A stretch of 64,000 bases of DNA from Octopus vulgaris. Taxonomy: Eukaryota. The first letter of the stretch is position 1. Each line of letters opens with the position of its first letter. Below are positions 39,754 to 51,163 of this stretch, piece by piece. The position numbers were made by a program, and so were the translations under genes. The DNA is taken from positions 31,248,001 through 31,312,000 of the forward strand of contig OX597839.1 of the NCBI GenBank assembly GCA_951406725.2, written 5' to 3'. The notes under the pieces are model-generated. The model saw only the letters and a list, made by a program, of their open reading frames with translations, was not told where the DNA came from and ran no database searches.

Positions 39754-40971
39754 AAACCCTCATGCTAAATACAAAGTTATACCTTACCACTAAGCCACCC
39801 AAGCAACTCTTATTTCTAGCCTAAAAATAAAAGTATTTAAACCTATTTTTTTGATGATTGGACACAATTATAGATTTAAGTATCACATCTGTGACAGCAA
39901 TTATTGGGGGGACCCGGTAGACTCGTGGGTAAAGGTGTGAGCAGTGCAAAGGGGGATGAAAGCAACCTTGTCCTGGGGGATCAAATCAGGGTGTAGGAGA
40001 GATTCTTTTATATTTTTTGTTTGTTTCAAGGATGCTAAAAAAAAAATATATATAGTTGCAGACAGAGATTGAAACCTCTATCTCTACACAGGATTAGTAA
40101 TTAAATTACCAACCCTTTTACCCACTAAGCCACCAGACCTCACCTTGTGAAACAGTGAAAAAATGAGATATTTAAATCTATTTTTATTAATGATTGGACA
40201 CAATTATAGATTTAAGTATCTCATTTTTGACAGCAATTATTGGGGGGACCCGGTAGACTCGTGGGTAAAGGTGTGAGCAGTGTGAAGGGGGATGTTAGCA
40301 ACCTTGTCCTGGGGGGATCAAATCAGGGTGTAGGAGAGATTCTTTTATATTTTTTTTAGCATCCTTGAAACCAAAAAAAAGAATAAAAGAATCTCTCCTA
40401 CACCCTGATTTGATCCCCCAGGACAAGGTTGCTAACATCCCCCTTCACACTGCTCACACCTTTACCCACGAGTCTACCGGGTCCCCCCAATAATTGCTGT
40501 CAAAGATGAGATACTTAAATCTATAATTGTATCCAATCATTGAAAAAATAGATTTAAATATCTCATTTTTTCACTGTTTCACAAGGTGAGGTTTGGTGAC
40601 TTAGTGGGTAAAAGGGTTGGTAATTTAATTACTAATCCTGTGTAGAGATAGGGTTTCAATCTCTGTCTGCAACTATATTTTATTTTTTTTTAGCATCCTT
40701 GAAACAAACAAAAAATATAAAAGAATCTCTCCACACCCTGATTTGATCCCCAGGACAAGGTTGCTGTCATCCCCTTTGCACTGCTCACACCTTTACCCAC
40801 GAGTCTACCGGGTCCCCCCAATAATTGCTGTCACAGATGAGATACTTAAATCTATAATTGTGTCCAATCATTAAAAAAATAGGTTTAAATACTTTTATTT
40901 TTAGGCTAGAAATAAGAGTTGCTTGGGTGGCTTAGTGGTAAGGTATAACTTAGTATTTAGCATGAGGGTTT
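39754..40971. repeat. ~1.2-kb palindrome of tandem ~336-bp modules containing tRNA-like Pol III cassettes
   Basis: The left arm 39754-~40357 is the reverse complement of the right arm ~40373-40971, with only scattered differences. Within each arm a conserved block recurs at a ~330-340-bp period (336 bp measured in the left arm). Confidence 0.95.
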
Positions 40972-42429
40972 AGCAGTGAGAATATGAGATATTTAAACCT
41001 ATTTTTATTATTGAGTTGATGCTGTGGGAAATTTAATTATCTTAATTTCTACAGAAATTAATGGGGGGAGAGTAGTGGTGCAGATAGATAAAGTATGATA
41101 AGACATCCTTTTTTTTTTTTTTTTTGTTTGATCAACAAGAGTTTAAAAAAAAAACAACCCCACCTTAACAGTAGCTCTAAGTAGAGTTTGAAACCTCAAT
41201 CATCATACAACCTTATTGATGTTAATTATCCACACAACTATGAGTGCAGCATCTGGAATCGCTTCAAAAGCAGGATATCTAAACCTATTTTCGTTCTTCA
41301 TCTTATTTTTGCCTTAACAGAGGACCCAGTAGGCCAATGGTTAAAGTTGTGCACGGACAAGGAACTGGAAGACATCCCGACAAACGTTCAAAACTGATTA
41401 AGATGAAAGTAAAACTTTTTGTCTTAATTTGTTTTTTCTGTCATCTTCTGAAAAAAAAAAAAAATTCTTTAGAAAGACCAAAGTCTTGTAAGTGGACTTT
41501 GGAGACCAAAACTGAAAGCAGCCCTTCATGTATATAGATATATATAATTATTTCTATCTATATATGAATAAACAGATCAACATACAGACGGATCGGTACA
41601 TAGGTTATAAGAACAGACAAGCACACACACACACACACTTTACCGCAAACAAGGACACATACAGAGACAAGGGTCCACGCGTATAGAGATGCACATCCAT
41701 ACAGATAAACATGGGACATAGTTGCAAAACACACACACAAGGAGACAGACGTGCATACATATACGAATACACAAACACATGAATACATACATACACACAT
41801 ACGTACATGCATAGGCACACACACACACACACTGACCCCCCACACGTGCACAAACAAACAAAACAAGGATCGCAGTGTAAATAAGGGACAGTCAAGAGTC
41901 AAGACTCTTGAAGAGGTTGCAAGATGCGACGAAAATTTTAGGAAAATGAAAATAAGAAATAAGTGGAAGTTTTACCGGTGAGTGTTTTAAATTATAAGGC
42001 ACAAAAAGAGAATGACTCTCCCCAGACACAACAGTATATATATATACACACATGTATATATACATAGACATATATATATACATATATGTATATATATACA
42101 TATATATATCTATGTATATATACATGTGTGTATATATACATAGACATATATATATATATACATATATGTATACATATATATATATATATATACACATACA
42201 TATATGTATATGTATGTATATATATAAATCAATAAATGGTGAGGTTGTGTTGATCGCACATGGAGAAATGATAGGCAAGGAGAAATTATGGATCTTTTTC
42301 TTTTGAACGGCAGTTTGTAAGATAATTTCTAGTTAACTAAAAGATCCAAAAAGGCAGAAAGCTAAATTGAAGGTAAATTTTAATGAAAATGGGTGAATGG
42401 AAAATTTAAAAAAATTATTTTTTTTTTAA

Positions 42430-42793
42430 GGCGCAGGAGTGGCTGTGTGGTAAGTAGTTTGTTTACCAACCACATGGTTCCGGGTTCAGTCCCACTGCGT
42501 GGCACCTTAGACAGGTGTCTTCTACTATAGCCTCGGGCCGACCAAAGCCTTGTGAGTGGATTTGGTAGACGGAAACTGAAAGAAGCCCATCGTATATATA
42601 TATATATATATGTGTGTGTCTGTGTTTGTCCCCCTAGCATTGCTTGACAACCGATGCTGGTGTGTTTATGTCCCCGATGGAATAAGTACTGGGCTTACAA
42701 AAGAATAAGTCCCGGGGTCGAGTTGCTCGACTAAAGGCGGTGCTCCAGCATGGCCGCAGTCAAATGACTGAAACAAGTAAAAGAGTAAAAGAG
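42430..42793 (+). mobile_element. Near full-length tRNA-derived SINE, family A (CORE-like body, internal (TA)n/(TG)n, GTAAAAGA tail)
   Basis: A box TGGCTGTGTGG, B box GGTTCAGTCCC, a CCTTRGRCARGTG core and a repeated AGTAAAAG tail. Many homologous copies occur in the window. Confidence 0.85.
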
Positions 42794-43084
42794 ATATCAA
42801 CTCCAACCGGTTTTCGTCGCAATGAGACTTTTCAAGAATTGCAAAGTGAAAAGAAAATTACATTGTTTTTTGCCAAAAGAATAATAAACATATACAAGAA
42901 TTCCAGAATATGTCCACCGATACATTGTAAAGTCTTTTGTGTGTCTGGAGTTCAAAGAAAGTTCTTTTTAAAAAGTTACCTTGGAGTGAGATTAGATCCA
43001 CGTGTTTAGTTTAGGACGTCAAAACAGGAAATGGGGCGGGAGTTATCCAGTTCCTGTAAGGGGAGACAACTCTGTGTGGATTTT

Positions 43085-43850
43085 GTGCTCTTCAATTGGG
43101 ATTGTCAATTTTAAAGAATCCTATGAAAAGTTTCTGGAATTCAAAACCATCCTGAACAACAGACATCCCAACATCCAATTCACTATGGAATTCAGCAAAC
43201 ATCATCTCCCTTTCCTTGATCTCATCATCGTTTAACGTCCGCTTTCCACGCTAGCATGGGTTGGATGGTTCAAGTGGGGTCTGGGAAGCCAGGAGGCTGC
43301 ACCAGGCCCAGTTTGATCTGGCAATGTTTCTACGGCTTGATGCCCTTCCTAACGCCAACCACTCTAAGAGTGTAGTGGGTGCTTTTTACGTGCCAGACGA
43401 GTCTGGCAAACGGCCACGATCGGATGGTGTTTTTTATGTGCCACCGGCACGGGGGCCAGGCGGGGCTGGCAACGGCCACGATTGGATGGTGCTTTTTATG
43501 TGCCACCAGCGCGGGGCTGGCAACGGCTACAAACGGATGAAACCCCTAACAACCAAATCATAACAGACATCTACCACAAACCTACAGACTCACAACAATA
43601 CCTCCTCTTTAGTTCATGCCACCCAAAACACACCAACATAAATATCCCTTTCAACTTAGCTAAAAGGGTATGCACCATTGTCTCGGATCCAAAAACTCGA
43701 GAGATACGCCTTCAAGACCTCAAAAAAAAAACACTATTACAATGCCAGTATCCCTCCACCCTTATAGAGTATGGAATAAAACGCGCCAAAGAACTAGACA
43801 ACAATACACTGAAAACCACCCAACCCAACAATACACACAACCCCAAACCC
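43085..43850 (+). mobile_element. Penelope-like RT C-terminal fragment split by a SINE insertion
   Basis: FLEFKTILNNRHPNIQFTMEFSKHHLPFLD (to ~43220) resumes as NNQIITDIYHKPTDSQQYLLFSSCHPKH..IPFNLAKR (from ~43545). Confidence 0.88.
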
Positions 43851-43907
43851 TTTTTCATTAAAATTTACCTTCAATTTAGCATTCTGCCTTTTTATAATTT
43901 TTCCTTG

Positions 43908-43951
<44 letters not shown>

Positions 43952-46486
43952 CATATATCTACATACATATATGTATATATATATATATATATATGTACAT
44001 ATATATGCATAAATATATATACATACATATATACACATATATACATAAATATATATATACATACATTGGTGCATCTTATGTGCCACCAGCACATCAGCCA
44101 CGATTCGGATAACGCTTTTTACGTGCCACCGGCACGGAAGCCAGTCTAGGTGGCGCTGGCATCGGCCACCTTCAGATGGTGCTTTTTATGTGCCACCGGC
44201 TCAGGGGTCACAACTGCAGTTTCCATTGATTTTGATGTCGGTGTACTTGACTCAATGGATCTCCTCAAGCACAAGGTCGAAACGGTGTTTCTTCACTTGC
44301 CCCCTGCACAGGAGTCAGTCCAGTGGTCCTGGCAACTGCCGGGTGCCAGTCATAGGATTGGTTCAATTTCGATTTCGATTTCGATTTCACTTGCCCCAAC
44401 AGGTCTTCGCAAGCAAGCAATATATATACATATATACATCCAATATACATCCATATATATATATATATATAAAAACATACATATATACATCCATATATAT
44501 ATAGATATATATATATACATATATATATATACACACACATATACATCCACATATACATATATATATATATATTTATATATACGTATATACACAGTGTCTA
44601 GGTGTACCTAGGTTCACATCCCAGCTAAGATTCCAGTGTTAATATCAAGTCCAAGATATTTATGTTTTGTTAAGTCCGGCACAGTTTTGGGGTAGGAAAA
44701 ACCTCACAGATGAATTTCAACATCAGTCCTGCTTTGTGTATTTGCTGCAAGTTGGCAAGGTGGAGAAGACTCTCTGAAAATGCTGGGTTTTAAAATACCT
44801 GAAAGTCATGGACAGGTGAGATAGGTCACCTTTAATCTCATTCAAAAGTGATGGTCATTGATGGTTTACCATTTTTATGGCTATATTCTTTTTTTTTTTT
44901 CATTTCGTTTATCTCATTTTGATGTGATTGCAAAATATTGACAGCACAAGTGCCACCGGGCCAGACATGTTTCAAGGTTCACAGGCCACAGGTGGACTTG
45001 TGCATTTGCTGAGTCCAAGAGATTGGAAAGCCTCCATAATGATGGGAAGATGACTTGGTCAAGATGGAAAGAATGACGCAGTCAAGATAGGATTGGAAGT
45101 GCATTGTGACCAGTGGTATGTAACAACATCAGATGGTCTGGTTGACCCTGTGGTTATATAAATATATATACAGGGAAAGATGGCAGTGGTTGTAAGTTGC
45201 CACACCAATTGCCATGTGGTACTCAGGAAATATCTACCCATGTTGGGTATTTAAACTTAAGTTCTCATTTATTGTGTTACCCTCCAGGGCCAATAAAAGA
45301 GTTTTCAATAATGTACTTGAATTCATCCACTTAACTTGGTTTTATTTTCTATGAAAATCAAAAATCATTATCAAAGAGATTCCAGTCTGGTTGGATGGTC
45401 TCAGGCTGTTTGATCAAGAATCCCTCTGGCGAAATAGAAACTGGTCCAGTGCCGGTCTTGCACCATTTTCTTAAGCAACGTCTTCACCAATCAAAGAATT
45501 CTCACAATAAACTGAAACAGAGATCTCAATAAATTGCATTAAAAAAAATATTGTCAACACACACAGAAATAATTGTTGAAATCAAAACTTTAATTAGCAG
45601 ACATGCAGTCATGTGACGCGATCACATGACCAACATTGCCATGAATGTAGCTGATAGGATGACGACATGATTATAGAAGGGTTTGTATAGAAAGTTGAAG
45701 GTTGAAGAGAGAGGATGGGAAAAAAAGAAAGGATTAGCCAAAGAAAGCCAGTGCTTCATGCATAAAGTATCACAGTAGTTTATTTCAGTAGTGAAACTGG
45801 GAGAATGAATTAGGGTGGAGAGAGAGAGAGAGAGAGAGAGAAGTGAAGTAAACAAACTGGATAAAGGAATATATATAAATATATATATATATATATAAAC
45901 AAATAATAAGAAACAAATGCGAATTTGATTTCCAATACAAAATGAAATAATCAATCAATATTAAAAAAAAAAAAAAAATTTAATAAAAAACCGAAACAGT
46001 GAAGAATTATTGTGAAGGGAATCCATTTATCTGACAGAAGAACAACACCAAGGGTCGATTTTGGTTTTGCTTATTTTTTTGGCTTTTTTTTTTTGGTTAA
46101 TTTTTATTTTTTAAATAGAAAACAGTGATAAAAGTACAAAGGGTTATTGATGAGTTGATTAGTATTGATTTTAGTCATCAGAGCCAAGGCCATGCTGGAG
46201 CACTCCCTTCTCGGGAGGAGTGGGGTGAGTGAGTGAGAGTAAGAGGAATAAAAGGATTAATTAGTGTTACAGCTTCGTTAAATTTCTACTAAACATGAAA
46301 TGAAAAGTTAACAAAGAAACACACACACACACACAACTGTTATGCAATGCACTGAAACTGGCAGTACACAGTGTGTGGCGAGGTTGGATAGTCCCTTATT
46401 TATTTCTATGTTACATGAAATTCTAATTCATATCATCAACATCCTATATATATATAATAATATATATATATATATATATATACATG

Positions 46487-46518
<32 letters not shown>

Positions 46519-46522
46519 CATA

Positions 46523-46665
<143 letters not shown>

Positions 46666-46760
46666 CATATATATATATATATATATGTGTATAATAGTAT
46701 CCCAATGGGAAACTCAGAATAATGAAGATGTGAAGTTTCACTGGTAATTCTTGTTGCTGC

Positions 46761-46807
<47 letters not shown>

Positions 46808-46834
46808 TATGTACTTGCTAATTGTTTATGTGTG

Positions 46835-46871
<37 letters not shown>

Positions 46872-48265
46872 GTATATGCATGTGTAAATGTGGTGCAGTT
46901 TTATATGGGTATGTTTGTGAATATTTATAGATGCATATATATATAGATGCATATATATATACACACACACATGCACATACATGTGTATGTGTGGGGGTAT
47001 ATAAATATATATATACTCATATATATACATACATACATATATACATACATATATATACATACATATGTACATACATATATATATACATACATACATATAT
47101 ACATACATATACATACATACATATTCATACATACATAAACATACATATATATATACGTATATATATATATATATACATACATATATATATATCTAAACTT
47201 ATTTATATACATTCACACACATACATGTAGACACACCAACACAGACATTATAATCTTTATATGTGTATGTGAGTGTGTATAATATATACTTACAAAGTGT
47301 GTATGTGTGAATGATTGTGTATTTTTCATTTTTTTCCCATTATATAGCCGTGATATTTTTTCAATATAAACAAAAAGCTTTCCCCCTCCTCCTCCTCTTC
47401 CTCCTCCTCACTTCCTCACATCAGCAATGTTGTGGCTTTCATCACTGTTTTCTATTTCCATATTCGTCTAAGATTTACTTAAAGCAAGCTACAATGATTT
47501 TGATTTTTATTTCCTTTTTTTTTTCCATTTTTTTCTATATTTTTTTAATCAATGAATGTAAGAAATGATTGCAATATTTCCAATATTATATGTAAATCGT
47601 ATTGTATATTACATATAACAACACACATTAAATGTATATAAAACAGTTTCATCTACATCATCTACGTTAGTCACCGGTTGAAGGAAGAAGAAAAAAAAAA
47701 CAAGACCCCAGCTAATTCCTTTGTGTTTTTTTTTTATTTCATGGTATGTATATCATTATTTTGATTTTTTTCTTTAATTTCATAATAATCCTTTTGTTAT
47801 TTTTGTCGCTTGGATTTAATCTCTGGTTAGAATTGATCCTGCTACCCAACTGTCCAAACATCTCAACCATAGTCACACCAGTTTGTCCTTCAACATGAAA
47901 ATGTGTTATGAGGGATATTTGGCTGGTGTTTCTAGCAGGACAAGCAACCATGTAAAATGTCCCCTGAGGCTAAAATTTGTATAAAGTTGTGGTAAGCTAA
48001 GTTACTATGTAGAATTCCTTTTTTTTTTATACATTACTAATATGTGTGTGTGTGTGTATGTATATATATATACATATACATATATATATACATATACATA
48101 TATATATATATATATATACATATATATACATATATATACATATATATATATATACACACATATATACATATATATATATACATATACAGACACGTGTGCA
48201 TTTATATATATATTCATGTAGATATGTATGTGTTGTGTTTCATGTATGCATGCACACACTCATGG

Positions 48266-48306
<41 letters not shown>

Positions 48307-48802
48307 AATACATAAACACACACATGTAAGTGAGTGGAGAAATGAAAGAGAGTGTCACTCAACTGATTTACAGATTTTGTTGGAATTACATGAATTTTTA
48401 AAATAAAATTTGACTCAGTTGCATGCGACTTAAAGTTTCCTGAATGTGTAGGATGAACCCATCTGATGAGACACCCAGAGAAGATCGGCAGATCTGATGA
48501 GATAGGTTCGTCCTCTGAAGCCTACAAAGCATTATCTCATGTACAGGTGAGTCAAATTATTATTTCTTTCTACTTTAGGCCCAAGTCCTAAAATTTGGGA
48601 CTGGGTGGGGCTAAGTCAATTACTTCGACCCCAGGGCTTACTTGATACTAATTGTATCCAGTCCCAAATTTTTATTAAAAAATATGTGTATATATACAAA
48701 CACATATACATCTATATCTATATATGTGTACATGCATATTTATGTATGTGTGTATGAGTGTGTATATGTATATATATGTGTGTTATATATATATATATGT
48801 GC

Positions 48803-48840
<38 letters not shown>

Positions 48841-50815
48841 GTGCATATATATATATATACATATAGATAGATAGATATGTGTATATATATATATAGATAT
48901 AGATATATATATGTGTATGTATGAATATATATATATATATATCTGTATATTTATGTATTGATATATATATATGTGTGTGTGTGTATGTATGTATAAAATC
49001 CTGTTGTTTCAGCCTAATTTCTATTTTTCCAGCAATTATAAACAGGTCCACGGTTACTGAATGAATCGTATTTGTTGTCCTGCTTAGAGTTATTCCTAAC
49101 CATGCTGTCTTCGTTTAGAATATTTCAACCTCATACCAACACGTATGATTTGCATTATATATTCCCATTCCATTGTTTATACGAAGCGGTGAGCTTCTAA
49201 ATTTGAGCAGAAAGAAGGCGAGGTAAATGAGTCTCTAATGAGAAATGAAACTGGTCAAGTTAACCGAGTTTTAGCAGCTGAAGCCTCTGTGGTTTTGTGC
49301 TTTATCAACATTATCTGTGAGATTAAGTTTAAGCTTGATAAGCAGATTATGTATTATTTCCAGAAACTTATATTCATATACACATATGTACACTTATATA
49401 TATATATATATATGTATATGTATATATATACTTATACATATATGTACATATATATATACATACACATATACACATATATATATTCATACACATACAAATA
49501 TATGTATGTACATACACACACATATAAATGTGTGTATATATGTGTGTTTGTGTAGTGTGTGTGTGGCTGTGTGTGTTGGTTGTGTGCGTATGCAATTTGT
49601 GCTTGTACATTCTTTCTTTCTTCTCTCTTTTTTTTTTGGTTTTTCATTTAACCCCTGTCCCACATTTTTTCCCTCTTATTTACTTCAGCCACACTAAACT
49701 GAAGGGCAAATAATCCAAGGTGTTGTTTATATACAGCGTCATCCAGAAGTCCCTGACAGCAATAATTATAATAATGATAATAATAATAATAATAACAATA
49801 ATAATAATAATCATAACAATAACGAACATTGCAACCGCAATGTTTGTCATAATAAACAATATTTTAACAATAAAGATATAACATTAAGTTATAAATAATA
49901 ATCATAATAACAATGATTTCATTAATTATAATAATAATTATAATGGTAGCAAATGCTTAATTAGTGTGCTGTTTTTTTTGTTTTTTGTTTTTAAATGATG
50001 GATAGATTAATGGTATTCCTTGAAATATAATGAGTCAAAGTTAGAATAGATAGATCGATAGGTAGATAGACAGGTAGGTAGATAGGTAAGTTGGTAGGTA
50101 AGTAGGTACATAGGTGTGAGCCTCTATATATTTTGTGCACAGAGAAATATTGAAAGCAAAAAAGAGTTGCTACTCAAAAAGATATATATATATGTATATA
50201 TATATATATATCCTGTATGTATGCATGTGTATATATATGTGTGTGTGTATATATATATATATATATGTGTGTATATATATTATATATATGTACATTTGTG
50301 TGTGTGTATATATATATATACATATATATTCATGTATGCATATATATGCATGTATGTATGCATATGTATAATATGTATACACACACATATACACATGTAT
50401 TTATAATGGAGTAGCTAATCATGGCAGCAGATTTTGAGGGGAATTCAAAAAGTGAAATTTGCAACATGGGGTCAGTTTTTCATTCAGATTTTAATTAAAA
50501 AAAAAACCCAAACGAGGTTATATATTAACGCATCCAATTGTTGGTTGGAGCAAAGAACTAGCATTTTTTTCTTTGTGTTCTTTGTTTTGTTTTAATTGTT
50601 TGTTAATTTTTTAGGGATTTTTAAAAACGTTTTTTTAAATATTATTAATTGTTATTTTTTGCTTTTCTAGAAAGAAATTAATGATATGACAAGGATGAAA
50701 ACCTTCTCAGCTTGGCTAGAAAAAATTGAACACTTGTAAAAAAATAAAAATAAATTAAAAATAAAAAATCATTAAAAAAAATTTTTTATCTTTTCTTTTT
50801 TGTATTTGCAATAGT

Positions 50816-51163
50816 AGTTTGTCAAAGAGCAGTTTGTCAAACAACAGCTTGTCAAGAGCAGTTTGTCAAACAACAGCTTGTCAAGAGCAGTTTGTCAAAC
50901 AACAGCTTGTCAAGAGCAGTTTGTCAAACAACAGCTTGTCAAGAGCAGTTTGTCAAACAACGGCTTGTCAAGAGCAGTTTGTCAAACAACGGCTTGTCAA
51001 GAGCAGTTTGTCAAACAACGGCTTGTCAAGAGCAGTTTGTCAAACAACGGCTTGTCAAGAGCAGTTTGTCAAATAAACGCCTTGTTAAACATCTGTTCAT
51101 CAAACAGTTTGTCAAACAACAGCTTGTCAAACATGAGTTTGCCAAATAACATTTTGTCAAACA
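50816..51163. repeat. 29-bp minisatellite (AGCAGTTTGTCAAACAACRGCTTGTCAAG)x8 decaying into ~15-bp repeats
   Basis: A directly visible tandem array. Confidence 0.95.

Noticed and set aside
40590-40680. Functional tRNA gene
   Set aside because: A/B boxes and a T-arm are present, but the anticodon region is an over-long hairpin with no canonical 7-nt loop and the acceptor stem is poor. Treated as tRNA-like only.
43378-44200. Repeat-spacer pattern GGTGCTTTTTAYGTGCCACC as a CRISPR
   Set aside because: The linkers are related to one another and vary in length, and the pattern is internal to a high-copy retroposon family.
50816-51163. CRISPR-like array or repeat protein ORFs (50819-51207)
   Set aside because: The units are directly tandem with no unique spacers, there are no cas genes, the context is eukaryotic, and the 29-bp period is not a multiple of 3.
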